A stretch of 64,000 nucleotides of DNA, taken from Eubacteriales bacterium (GTDB lineage Bacteria > Bacillota > Clostridia > Oscillospirales > CAG-272). The DNA is taken from assembly GCA_045632285.1 (NCBI GenBank), contig JAZQWJ010000037.1, positions 22,251 through 86,250 of the forward strand, written 5' to 3'. The notes below the pieces were generated by a model that saw nothing but the letters and a program-made list of their open reading frames with translations, was not told where the DNA came from and ran no database searches. Both the position numbers and the translations under genes were made by a program. Shown here piece by piece: positions 19,216 through 28,037 of this stretch (within the stretch, counting starts at the first letter, position 1; each line of letters opens with the position of its first letter).

Positions 19216-22200
19216 ATGAAAAAAATGCTGCGAATCCTTTCTCTGCTGCTGGCGCTTTTGATGGTGCTGACAGCCTTTGGCGCCATGATCGGCTGCGGAG
19301 AAGATCCCGTTCCGCCCCCCGCTCCCGGTCCCGAGGAGCCGGACGGCCCCACTCCCCCCGCACCCGGCCCCGACGGGAAGGCCACTTACACCGTCAGTGT
19401 AAAAAGCATTGGCGGCCGCGCCTTTGCCGATCTGCGCTTTTTCGTTTACGAGGGTGACGCCCTGAAGGGCTACGGCACCACCGATGCAAACGGCATCGGC
19501 ACGGTATCTTTGGTTCCCTCTACCGGCTACACCGTCGAGCTGGACGCCGCCAACCTGGAGGGCTATAACGTCCAAAGCAGATACAGCTTTGTGGGCGCCT
19601 CGGCCGCGATCGTGCTGACCTCCTCCATCATTACCGACAGCGATCTGACCGGCGTGACCTACAAGCTGGGTGATATCATCCGCGACTTCACCGTCACCAC
19701 CACCGACGGCACCCCCTTCACGCTTTCCGAGGCGTTTGAGGATGGCAAAAAGGCCGTGCTGATCAACTTCTGGTTCTCAACCTGCAGCCCCTGCATCAAC
19801 GAGTTCCCCTTTATCCAATCCGCCTACGAGCAATATTCCGATGACATCGAGATCATCGCACTGAACAATTATCCCACGGATAACGAGGCGACCATCTCTG
19901 CCTTTAAGGATCAAATGGGCCTTTCCTTCCCCGTAGCCAAGGATTATACCGGCATTGGCAACGCCTTTGGCATTAACGCATACCCCACCTCTATCATTGT
20001 TGACCGCTATGGCACCATCTGTCTGATCGAGGCAGGCAGCCTGCCCAGCGAACGCCCCCTTGTGGCCGCCTTTGAGCACTTTTCTGCCGACAACTACGTA
20101 CAAAAGCTCTTTACCAACGTGGCCGAGCTGACCCCCACTGAAAAGCCCAATGTTGAGATGCCCTCCTCCGAGGAGATCGGCACCGCCATCAACGGCAACG
20201 GCTTTGCCGCCAGCTACTACCCCGAAACAGAGTCGGCCGACGCCGAGTTCTCCTGGCCCTTCCTGATCGGCACCACGCCCGACGGCAAGAGCTGCATCTA
20301 TCCCGCCAACTCCTTTAAGCCCGAGTCCTTTGCAACGCTGCACGCCGACGTACAGCTGGAGGCCGGTCAGGCACTGGCCGTTGACTGGTTTGCCGACACC
20401 GAAAAGGCCAATGACGTCCTTTACATTCTTGTAAACGGACGCGACATCTACCGCATCTCCGGCACCAGCGAGGATTGGTCGACCTGCTACCCCTACGTTG
20501 CCACCGAGACCGCCACCTACAAGATCAGCTTTATTTATCTCAAGGATGGCGACACCGATGCCGAGACCGACCGCGTGCTGCTCTCTAACCTCCGCACCGT
20601 TTCTGTCAATGACGTCAATACCCCCACCTATATCCCCCGCGAGGCTGCGACCAAGCCCAATGCCAACGGTCTTGGCTTTCAAAATTACGTGACCGTTGTC
20701 TTTAATGAGACTGACGGCTATTGGCACGTCGGTGCAGCCAACGGCCCCATCCTGCTGGTCGATCTGATGGCCGGCACTCAGCTCAGCCCCGACACCTCGC
20801 TGAACGACCTTGGCTACGCCGGTAAGCTGGTAGACACCGACGGCGATATTTACGAAGAGCTTGTCACCTATGCCAATTATGCCATCAACGGCACGCTTTA
20901 CGGCTATTCGCCCGTAACTGCCGAGCTGCGCACCCTGCTTGAGCGCGCCGCCGAGATCGTAGGATTTGAGAGAGGCAATGCGAACCAGTGGCTGCAGGCC
21001 TGCTCTTACTACGATGCCTATGGCACCACCCAGCAGCTGGAGGACCCCGTTAAGGGCGTTGCCTTCTTTGCCGCCTTTGACACCGTTCTCGGTACCAAGG
21101 AAGATCCTTTTTATAACGCCGTAGAATACGACGGCCGCGTGATCATGCCTCGCGGTCTGAAATACAAGTTCGTTCCCGCTCGCTCCGGCGCTTACCTCAT
21201 CAAGTCTCAAAGCACCGACGAGGTCAACGGTTGGATCTTTGACGATGCGTATGAGATCATACACACCGCATCGGTCGTTGACCGCCCCTACGGCAACAAC
21301 GTGATCGACACCACGAATGTGTCTATGCTGGTCTACCTTGAGGCAAACGAGGTCTACTATATCGACATTGCCTATTACGACGTCTACGCCGCAGGCAGCT
21401 TTACCTTTACGGTGGAATATCTGGCAGAATCCTACCGCCACTTCCATCTGGCCTCCCCCGCTTATTTCACCTATATCGAAAGCACCTCCGGCTCGATCAA
21501 CGAGACCATTGCCGGCGGCATTGACGTGGTGCTGGGCGAGGATGGCTATTACCACGAGCTGAAGGCAGACGGATCGATGGGATCGATCCTTTATGCCGAC
21601 TTTATCCTGTCCACCGGTATGTTCTCCACCTCCATTGAGAGCATCATCGCAAACAACGGCTTTAACTTCTCTCTTAGCGAAAGCGACCAGATGGTTCTTT
21701 CCAAGCTGGAAGAACACAACGGCAACGTTGAGAGCTGCCGCGCATACTACAAGGAGCTGTGGGGCGACGCCTATGACGAATGGGCCGAGATCTACAAGCT
21801 GGAGGAGGTATTTGCAGGCAAGTATCACGGCGGCGTTCCGCTGACCGACGAGATCGTTGCCCTGTGCAAGCAGGTGCAGACCAAGCTTGCCGCCCTTTCC
21901 GGAAACGCCGAGGCGTGCCGCACGTATTTCACCACTCTTTGGACCGCCGACGGTGCAAAGATGACCTTTGCCCAGAGCTACGCGCTGGAGCAGGTGCTTG
22001 CAGACGAGTACGAAAACGGCGTGATCGATCTGACCGATGTGATCGAATCCTACAAGGCATACAAGCTCCCCACCTCTGCCGATGCCCCCGAGCTTGAGGG
22101 CTGCGTTGCCGTAGACGAGACCCTGGCACAGCTTTTGCAGGCGCTGATCGACAAGTACTCCTTTACAGGTGTTGACCACGCTTGGACCAAGCTTTGCTAC

Positions 22201-22233
22201 TACTACAAGGATCTGGGCCCCTCTAACCCCTAA
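19216..22233 (+). CDS. Surface lipoprotein: CarboxypepD_reg-like Ig domain + TlpA/ResA-type thioredoxin fold (CSPC) + large uncharacterised C-terminal region
   Basis: Start trimmed to ATG 19216 (MKKMLRILSLLLALLMVLTAFGAMIGCG lipobox), after AGGAGAG. Pro-rich linker. Redoxin motif AVLINFWFSTCSPCINEFP (TGC..TGC at 19783-19794). The C-terminal module is shared with the next gene. Confidence 0.8.
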   Translation: MKKMLRILSLLLALLMVLTAFGAMIGCGEDPVPPPAPGPEEPDGPTPPAPGPDGKATYTVSVKSIGGRAFADLRFFVYEGDALKGYGTTDANGIGTVSLVPSTGYTVELDAANLEGYNVQSRYSFVGASAAIVLTSSIITDSDLTGVTYKLGDIIRDFTVTTTDGTPFTLSEAFEDGKKAVLINFWFSTCSPCINEFPFIQSAYEQYSDDIEIIALNNYPTDNEATISAFKDQMGLSFPVAKDYTGIGNAFGINAYPTSIIVDRYGTICLIEAGSLPSERPLVAAFEHFSADNYVQKLFTNVAELTPTEKPNVEMPSSEEIGTAINGNGFAASYYPETESADAEFSWPFLIGTTPDGKSCIYPANSFKPESFATLHADVQLEAGQALAVDWFADTEKANDVLYILVNGRDIYRISGTSEDWSTCYPYVATETATYKISFIYLKDGDTDAETDRVLLSNLRTVSVNDVNTPTYIPREAATKPNANGLGFQNYVTVVFNETDGYWHVGAANGPILLVDLMAGTQLSPDTSLNDLGYAGKLVDTDGDIYEELVTYANYAINGTLYGYSPVTAELRTLLERAAEIVGFERGNANQWLQACSYYDAYGTTQQLEDPVKGVAFFAAFDTVLGTKEDPFYNAVEYDGRVIMPRGLKYKFVPARSGAYLIKSQSTDEVNGWIFDDAYEIIHTASVVDRPYGNNVIDTTNVSMLVYLEANEVYYIDIAYYDVYAAGSFTFTVEYLAESYRHFHLASPAYFTYIESTSGSINETIAGGIDVVLGEDGYYHELKADGSMGSILYADFILSTGMFSTSIESIIANNGFNFSLSESDQMVLSKLEEHNGNVESCRAYYKELWGDAYDEWAEIYKLEEVFAGKYHGGVPLTDEIVALCKQVQTKLAALSGNAEACRTYFTTLWTADGAKMTFAQSYALEQVLADEYENGVIDLTDVIESYKAYKLPTSADAPELEGCVAVDETLAQLLQALIDKYSFTGVDHAWTKLCYYYKDLGPSNP

Positions 22234-22270
22234 AATACACGTTTTTTCGCCCCGTTTGGGGACTAAATCC

Positions 22271-22306
22271 GCAAACGGACTGTCGCTTACACGACAGCCC
22301 GTTTGC
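22271..22306 (+). terminator. Hairpin between lipoprotein genes 1 and 2 (weak terminator or attenuator)
   Basis: GCAAACGGACTGTCG-CTTACA-CGACAGCCCGTTTGC with one A.C mismatch, followed only by TTTA. The GGAGG RBS of the next gene starts 8 nt later. Confidence 0.4.
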
Positions 22307-22327
22307 TTTACACGGAGGTTTTTTACA

Positions 22328-23605
22328 ATGAAGTACAATAAGCCCTTGGCCTTTTTCTCCCTGTTTATTTTATTGGCGCTTACCCTGTGCGCGGCGATCG
22401 GCTGTAGCACAAACGAGCCGCCCGCACCCGAGCCTCCTGCGCCCACTACCGCCACCTACAGTGTGACGCTTTTGGACGGCAACGACAATCAGATGAACGG
22501 TGTGATCGTCAAGGTCTTGAAGGGTGATGCAGAGCTGAACATGATCGCCTATAAGGGCGAGACCGTTACCTTTGAAGCCGATATCGACACCTACACACTG
22601 TCGCTGGATCTTTCTCAGCTGGCAGAGACCTATACCTATGACACCGCTCTTTGCACCCTGACGCCCGACTCCCCCTCCACCACGATCCGACTGCTACAAA
22701 AAAGCACGGTGAGCGAGTCTGTTTTTGTAGGCGACCCCATTGCCAAGGATTATAACGCACAGCTGATCGGCGTTGGCGCCTATGCCCTGGACCTGACGCC
22801 GGGCGACTACACGTTCCTTATTTTCAAGCCCGATGCACCCGCCGTATATTCCGTGACCTATGAGTGTGCCGGTGCAGAGATCGGCTACCACGGTAGCACG
22901 TTTTTTGTACAAGGACGCGATATTGCTGACGGCTCTGACGACGTGCAGCACATTGAAAACGGTCTGTCGATCAAGTTTTATGCCAGCAACATCGGCAGTG
23001 ATCTTGTCTTTTCCATCAGGTCCGAAGCAGCTGCCACTGCCATCCTCCGCATTCAAGTTACCGGCGCACCTCCCATTAGATTAGAGGATCGCCCCTGGAC
23101 CCCCTTTACCGAGGATGCCGCCAAGGTGCAGCAGCATTTGAACGTGCCCAAGGTCGGTACGTGGAACAAGGTCGACCTCACCGATCTCACGCTGAATGCC
23201 GTGCTGAACGAGACCGATGGGTTTTATCATTTGGGAACGGCCGACGGCCCGATCCTGTTTATTGACTTGACCTCGGATACCCCTTACATCAACAGCGTAC
23301 AGACCATTTGCGCCAATCAACGTATGGGCATTTACGTTTATGACGACGCCGAAAACGTGATCGAAAAGCGCAGCTACAACGAGCTGTTCCACCAATACGG
23401 CATGCCAACAGACACCTCTGCCCCCGAGGGAGGAGCCATCCGTGTGCCTCTGACGGAAAAGCTGGCAGCAGCCATCCGCGAATTTGGCGAAAAGAGTGAA
23501 TGGTGGAAGGCCGGCTCTGAGAAAAACCTCTTTACCCGCGAGATCGCCGACGCCGTCTATAACCAAAGCTTTGCGTGGCTCCTCTTCTGCGGATATTACG
23601 CCTGA
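22328..23605 (+). CDS. Surface lipoprotein, paralogous to the C-terminal region of the preceding gene
   Basis: Start trimmed to ATG 22328 (MKYNKPLAFFSLFILLALTLCAAIGCS lipobox), after GGAGG. Ig-like N-domain (YSVTLLDGNDNQMNGVIVKV). Shared module LNETDGFYHLGTADGPILFIDL, versus FNETDGYWHVGAANGPILLVDL in the upstream protein. Confidence 0.75.
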   Translation: MKYNKPLAFFSLFILLALTLCAAIGCSTNEPPAPEPPAPTTATYSVTLLDGNDNQMNGVIVKVLKGDAELNMIAYKGETVTFEADIDTYTLSLDLSQLAETYTYDTALCTLTPDSPSTTIRLLQKSTVSESVFVGDPIAKDYNAQLIGVGAYALDLTPGDYTFLIFKPDAPAVYSVTYECAGAEIGYHGSTFFVQGRDIADGSDDVQHIENGLSIKFYASNIGSDLVFSIRSEAAATAILRIQVTGAPPIRLEDRPWTPFTEDAAKVQQHLNVPKVGTWNKVDLTDLTLNAVLNETDGFYHLGTADGPILFIDLTSDTPYINSVQTICANQRMGIYVYDDAENVIEKRSYNELFHQYGMPTDTSAPEGGAIRVPLTEKLAAAIREFGEKSEWWKAGSEKNLFTREIADAVYNQSFAWLLFCGYYA

Positions 23606-23657
23606 CCCTGCAAAAGCCCCCTAACGGTATGCGTTTTTCTGTTTTTAAACGAAAGCA

Positions 23658-23686
23658 TTGCCTTTTTTCTTCAAATGTGCTATAAT
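23658..23686 (+). promoter_or_regulatory. Sigma-70/SigA-type promoter for the third lipoprotein gene
   Basis: TTGCCT, 17 nt, then TATAAT with an upstream TGc extended -10. Confidence 0.5.
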
Positions 23687-23727
23687 AAAAGCGCTAACCC
23701 AAATAAACTTTAAACGGAGCAGATCTT

Positions 23728-24996
23728 ATGAAAAGAAATACCCTTCACAAGCTTTTGATCGCCCTTGCCCTGCTGCTGAGCATTGCTCTGCTTGCTTGCG
23801 CTTGCGGCAGCACCCCCGATCCCGTGCCCGCCCCCGATCCCGAGACCCCCGAGGATCCTACCCCCAAGCTGACCTATACCGTGACCGTGACCGATGAGGC
23901 CGGTGCTCCTGTTTCGGATGCCACCGTACGCATCTTCTCCGGCACTGCCGAAAAGGGCACCGCCACCACCAACGCCTCCGGCGTGGCCACCCTTGAGGTC
24001 GAGGAAGGTCTTTACACCTCTGTTAAGGTTTCCAAGACCGGCTACGTTGAGCAAGAGGCCAATATTCCTATGGACGTCAAGAGCGTATCCGTACGCCTTG
24101 CTACAGACAACAATGCCACCTACACCATTACGGTAGAGGACTTTAACGGCAACCGCCTTGCCGGCGTAGCCGTTAAGATGTGCATCGGCGAGCTTTGCCG
24201 CATCCCCGGCGTGACCAACGCTAACGGCGTTTCTGTGCAGACCTGGGAAAAGGGCGATTATAAGGTTGAGGTCATTCTTTCCGGCTACTATACCGAGGAT
24301 CAGTATCACTACTTTGAAAACGGCAGCACGGAAATGACCATTACGATGATCCCCAACCCCGGTTGCGAGGCAAACCCCTTTAGATTTGAAAATTTGGAAA
24401 ACAACAGTATTACCGTCCCTGCCGGCAAGACCGTGTATTACACCGGCCGCGTCATGGGCACGACAATGACGCTGCTGGGCACCGATGTGACCGTTCGTCA
24501 CGACGGTCAGGATCACACCGCCGTGGGTGGCGTTGTCACCATTGAAAGCTGCAAGGGCGATATCTACGCTCCCTCTCTCTTTGCGATCACCAACAACGGC
24601 ACCGCAGAGGCCACCTACACGGTCAGCTTTGCACACCCCGTCGGCTCTATGGAAAACCCCGCCCCCCTGACCATTGGCAGCAACAGCGCCAACACCGGCA
24701 GCAATGGCTATTTTTACACCTACACCGCCACCGAGGCAGGCACGTTGACCATTACGATCGACACAGGTTGCGCTGATTGGAGCTATACGATCAACGTATA
24801 TCCCGTCGGGCACGACGATGACTATGAGGACGAGATCGAGCCCGCTTACGGCAACACCTACACCTCTGCCGATGACACCCCCGTGGCAACCCAATCCGTC
24901 AGTGTTCCGGCCAATGCCGTGGTCGAGATCACCATCGCTGCCGCGGCAGAATCCGCCACCGTTCCCTTTACCGCAAGCTTTGAGCCCAATACTTAA
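23728..24996 (+). CDS. Surface lipoprotein with CarboxypepD_reg-like and pre-peptidase-C-terminal-like beta domains
   Basis: MKRNTLHKLLIALALLLSIALLACACGS lipobox and a Pro-rich linker. TYTVTVTDEAGAPVSDATVRIF..NASGVATLEV pattern, with a second copy YTITVEDFNGNRLAGVAVKM..NANGVSV. Confidence 0.7.
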   Translation: MKRNTLHKLLIALALLLSIALLACACGSTPDPVPAPDPETPEDPTPKLTYTVTVTDEAGAPVSDATVRIFSGTAEKGTATTNASGVATLEVEEGLYTSVKVSKTGYVEQEANIPMDVKSVSVRLATDNNATYTITVEDFNGNRLAGVAVKMCIGELCRIPGVTNANGVSVQTWEKGDYKVEVILSGYYTEDQYHYFENGSTEMTITMIPNPGCEANPFRFENLENNSITVPAGKTVYYTGRVMGTTMTLLGTDVTVRHDGQDHTAVGGVVTIESCKGDIYAPSLFAITNNGTAEATYTVSFAHPVGSMENPAPLTIGSNSANTGSNGYFYTYTATEAGTLTITIDTGCADWSYTINVYPVGHDDDYEDEIEPAYGNTYTSADDTPVATQSVSVPANAVVEITIAAAAESATVPFTASFEPNT

Positions 24997-25010
24997 TGCC
25001 TCTGATTCCC

Positions 25011-25053
25011 GTTGCGGCACCTGCCATATGGTAGGTGCCGCAACGTTTTTTTG
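25011..25053 (+). terminator. Intrinsic terminator
   Basis: CGTTGCGGCACCT-loop-AGGTGCCGCAACG followed by TTTTTTT. Confidence 0.8.
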
Positions 25054-25081
25054 TTTTTAGAGGGCTTTTGCACACTTCCTC

Positions 25082-25110
25082 TTGATTTTGCGGAGATTTT
25101 GCGATATAAT
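25082..25110 (+). promoter_or_regulatory. SigA-type promoter of the CXXC-membrane-protein / NapH-Trx unit
   Basis: TTGATT, 17 nt, then TATAAT. Confidence 0.55.
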
Positions 25111-25169
25111 ATAAGTTGGTTATTTATGCGATACCTTAAATCGCAAATTCAAACGCAAAGGAAAACTGT

Positions 25170-25961
25170 ATGTCACAGACAACCATAAATCGCATCAAGC
25201 TGATCTACGGGATCCTGCTCTCGGCCCTGCTTGTCGTCAGCGGCATATTGCTGATGATCGCCTGTGTCAGCATCTATCGCATTGGCGAAGAACCCTTCAC
25301 CCCCCAAAATATTGCCAATGCATTCAGCAAGGTCTGCATTCCCGTTTACATCACACTAGGATCCGTGGCGGTTGGCCTGATCTTTTGGATCATCTACCCC
25401 AACGAGCAAAAAAAGCCCAAGCCATCGGTTGGCGAGCGGGTGCTACTGGAGCGCCTTGCGCAAAAGCTGAACATTGACGAAAACTGCCCTACCGAGCCCC
25501 AAATGATCATCAAAAAAGAGAAAAAACTGCGCCTTACGCTCCGCATTATCACCTTGGCACTATGCGTGCTGGTTTCGCTGCCGGGCTTGATCTACGCGCT
25601 GAACCTTGGCCACTATCACGGTGCCGAGACCTGTAACAGCGATATCATCGCCGCCTGCCTGTGGCTGCTGCCCTGTGTATTTGTGGCAACCGGCCTTTGT
25701 GTGGCGCTTGTCTATTTAGAGCATGCAAGCCTGCAGCGTGAATTAGAGGCCGTCAAGCGTATTGCAAAGGTCTGCGGTATGCGCCGTACCCAAGAAGAGC
25801 CTGCACCTATCGCCAAAAACGGCCGCGTCATCTTGATCGTTCGCATCGCGCTGGCGGTTGCCGCCGTCGGGCTGATTATTGCCGGTATTGCCAACGGCGG
25901 TATGGCAGACGTGCTGGCAAAGGCCATCAACATCTGCACCGAGTGCATCGGTCTTGGCTAA
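25170..25961 (+). CDS. Polytopic membrane protein ending in a CXXC motif (CTECIGLG)
   Basis: 263 aa with about 5 hydrophobic segments. Last residues are ...GGMADVLAKAINICTECIGLG (TGC..TGC at 25935-25946). The terminal ICxECIGxG signature recalls, from memory, small 'CD1871A family CXXC' proteins found beside 4Fe-4S membrane proteins; this is unverified. The stop overlaps the AAGGAGG RBS of the next gene. Confidence 0.6.
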   Translation: MSQTTINRIKLIYGILLSALLVVSGILLMIACVSIYRIGEEPFTPQNIANAFSKVCIPVYITLGSVAVGLIFWIIYPNEQKKPKPSVGERVLLERLAQKLNIDENCPTEPQMIIKKEKKLRLTLRIITLALCVLVSLPGLIYALNLGHYHGAETCNSDIIAACLWLLPCVFVATGLCVALVYLEHASLQRELEAVKRIAKVCGMRRTQEEPAPIAKNGRVILIVRIALAVAAVGLIIAGIANGGMADVLAKAINICTECIGLG

Positions 25962-25975
25962 GGAGGTGCCGTAAC

Positions 25976-27556
25976 ATGAAAAAATTCATCGCATGGATCA
26001 AAAAGCACCTTCCCTCTAAGCGCAAACTGATCCAGGTCTATGCTGCCCTGCTTTTTAACGCCAATCTCAAGGGCTTTGGTAACGGAAAGATCTATACGGG
26101 TCCCCTAAAAAACATCTGCACCCCCGGTCTCAACTGCTATTCCTGCCCCGGTGCATCAGGTGCCTGCCCCTTGGGCGCGCTGCAAAATTCCTTGGCTTCT
26201 GCCAATAAAAGCGCCCCCTATTATATGTTTGGCATCATCATATTGTACGGTTTTCTGTTTGGCCGTTGGATCTGCGGTTTTCTCTGTCCCTTTGGTCTGA
26301 TCCAGGAGCTACTGCATAAGATCCCCACCCCCAAGCTGAAGAAAAATCGCGTTACCCGTGTGCTTTCTTATTTAAAGTACGTCATACTGGCCTTTTTCGT
26401 GATTCTGGTTCCTCTCGCCTATATGCTGCGCAAATTCCCTCTGCCCGGATTTTGCAAATACATCTGCCCCGCCGGCACGCTGGAGGGCGCTATGGGTCTG
26501 CTATCCAACAAGGTCAACGAAAGCTCGCTGCGTATGCTTGGCCCGCTGTTTACGTGGAAATTCCTGTTAATGGTCTCTATTTTGGTGGCCAGCGTCTTTA
26601 TTTTCCGCTTTTTCTGCCGTTTCCTCTGCCCCCTGGGCGCGCTTTACGGCCTGTTCAACAAGATCTCGCTTGTAGGCGTTAAGGTGGAGCGTGAGGGATG
26701 TACCGACTGCGGCATCTGTGTGGATCATTGCAAAATGGATATCAAGCACGTGGGCGACCAAGAGTGCATCAGCTGCGGTGAATGCATCGGCGTTTGCCCC
26801 ACCAAGGCCATCAGCTGGAAGGGCTCTAAGATCTTCCTCGCCCCCAACGCCATCGACGTGCCTGTGGACGTGGATCAGGAGGCTAAGGCAGAGATCATTG
26901 CATACAACGAGGAGCGCAGCAAGCGAATCGCCAAGCGCAATAAGATCATCAAGATCACCGTGGGTGTGCTGATGATCGCCGTACTGGCCGGTGCGCTGAT
27001 CTACTACAACTTTATCGACGGGCGCGACACGCAAGCACCCGAGATCCCCGAGCCGCCCGCAATTGAGGCGCCGGAGGGCGATACGCCCCCCGAGATCCCC
27101 GTTGGCCCCAACGTCGGCAATCTCTGTCCCGAGATCGCGCTGGACGTGCTGAACAAGGAAAACGACTTTGCCCTCTCCGCCAACCGCGGCAAGGTGACGG
27201 TGCTAAACTTCTGGTACACCACCTGCGGTCCCTGCGTAGAAGAGCTGCCCCACTTTAACAACGCGGCAAACACCTACGGCGACAAGCTGTCATTGATCGC
27301 CCTGCACATTCAGTTCCCGGGCATGACTGCGGCAGACGTCCCGGTTTGGGTATCCGAAAATCACCCCGAATGGAGCAGCGGCAATATGCTGATTGCTTGG
27401 GATACCGACGGTACCTATCAAAAGTATTTCGGCATTCAAGCCTGCCCCGTAACCATCGTGATCGATGGCAACGGCATCATTTCCGACAAGTTTGTCGGAA
27501 AGGTCAGTGAAGAAAAGCTGATCGAGGCTGTTGAAAAGGCGTTGGGCGAGCAATAA
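25976..27556 (+). CDS. NapH/MauN-like membrane 4Fe-4S protein fused to a C-terminal TlpA/thioredoxin-fold domain (CGPC)
   Basis: Start trimmed to ATG 25976 (MKKFIAWIKK). CYSCPGASGACPLG. Cys/Pro TM motifs ICGFLCPFGLIQE and FCRFLCPLGALYG. Two ferredoxin motifs, CTDCGICVDHC and CISCGECIGVCP. Then TM IIKITVGVLMIAVLAGALIYYNFI, a Pro-rich linker, and VTVLNFWYTTCGPCVEELP (27224-27235). Confidence 0.8.
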   Translation: MKKFIAWIKKHLPSKRKLIQVYAALLFNANLKGFGNGKIYTGPLKNICTPGLNCYSCPGASGACPLGALQNSLASANKSAPYYMFGIIILYGFLFGRWICGFLCPFGLIQELLHKIPTPKLKKNRVTRVLSYLKYVILAFFVILVPLAYMLRKFPLPGFCKYICPAGTLEGAMGLLSNKVNESSLRMLGPLFTWKFLLMVSILVASVFIFRFFCRFLCPLGALYGLFNKISLVGVKVEREGCTDCGICVDHCKMDIKHVGDQECISCGECIGVCPTKAISWKGSKIFLAPNAIDVPVDVDQEAKAEIIAYNEERSKRIAKRNKIIKITVGVLMIAVLAGALIYYNFIDGRDTQAPEIPEPPAIEAPEGDTPPEIPVGPNVGNLCPEIALDVLNKENDFALSANRGKVTVLNFWYTTCGPCVEELPHFNNAANTYGDKLSLIALHIQFPGMTAADVPVWVSENHPEWSSGNMLIAWDTDGTYQKYFGIQACPVTIVIDGNGIISDKFVGKVSEEKLIEAVEKALGEQ

Positions 27557-27564
27557 AATCAAAA

Positions 27565-27592
27565 GGGACGAGCGCTTGCTCGTCCCTTTTTT
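27565..27592 (+). terminator. Intrinsic terminator
   Basis: GGGACGAGC-GCTT-GCTCGTCCC followed by TTTTTT. Confidence 0.85.
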
Positions 27593-27653
27593 ACGCCTTT
27601 GCGATGGCACACAGTAGCCACCGACGCACTTCTATTCCTCTCAAACGCAAAAA

Positions 27654-27675
27654 GGGCACGGCGTTTGCCGTGCCC
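27654..27675 (-). terminator. Terminator hairpin downstream of tRNA-Ser
   Basis: GGGCACGGC-GTTT-GCCGTGCCC flanked by an A-run and T-run; usable on both strands. Confidence 0.7.
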
Positions 27676-27680
27676 TTTTC

Positions 27681-27774
27681 TGGCGGAGAAGGAGAGACTC
27701 GAACTCTCGCGCCGGGTTTAATCCGACCTACGCCCTTAGCAGGGGCGCCTCGTCACCAACTTGAGTACTTCTCC
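27681..27774 (-). tRNA. tRNA-Ser (anticodon GCT), long variable arm, CCA encoded
   Basis: The reverse complement reads GGAGAAG..TCAAGTTGGTGA..CGCCC-CTGCTAA-GGGCG..long arm..GAGTTCGAGTCTCTC-CTTCTCC-G-CCA. The acceptor stem is fully complementary. Confidence 0.9.
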
Positions 27775-27839
27775 ATACCAATTATGTAGGTGGGATCTTT
27801 CCCACGTTATAATGCGGCTTTTTATAAAACCGCTTTATT

Positions 27840-27868
27840 ATTATATCTCAATTGCCACGCTTTGTCAA
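27840..27868 (-). promoter_or_regulatory. Consensus SigA-type promoter for tRNA-Ser
   Basis: Minus strand reads TTGACA, 17 nt, then TATAAT. Confidence 0.6.
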
Positions 27869-27949
27869 GCCCCTTTTCAATAAAAAAACACAAAATTTAT
27901 CCGCCTTTTTTTGCTTTCAAAATTTTTTAAGGAAAATTGTCAAAAGTAG

Positions 27950-27978
27950 TTGACATTCCAAGTACATCGTGGTAAATT
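27950..27978 (+). promoter_or_regulatory. SigA-type promoter for the ABC exporter / DUF1854 pair
   Basis: TTGACA, 17 nt, then TAAATT with a TGg extended -10. It lies inside the 5' end of the computed ORF 27969.., which argues against that GTG start. Confidence 0.55.
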
Positions 27979-28037
27979 GTAGGCACAACCGGAAAGGAGA
28001 GTCGTTTCCCTTTCATGGGAACGGCGCCAAATGGCAA

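Noticed and set aside
19777-22455. 892-aa minus-strand ORF, plus 23710..25020 (436 aa), opposite the lipoprotein genes.
   Set aside because: Same antisense-frame artefact. The plus-strand genes have RBS, lipoboxes and domain motifs; the minus-strand products do not.
25976-27556. The NapH-like Fe-S protein considered as the missing RnfB.
   Set aside because: It lies 26 kb away on the other strand in its own transcription unit. It has NapH-type Cys/Pro transmembrane helices and a thioredoxin domain rather than the RnfB architecture (N-terminal anchor plus polyferredoxin).
27604-27789. 61-aa plus-strand ORF.
   Set aside because: It lies exactly over the terminator hairpin and the minus-strand tRNA-Ser gene.
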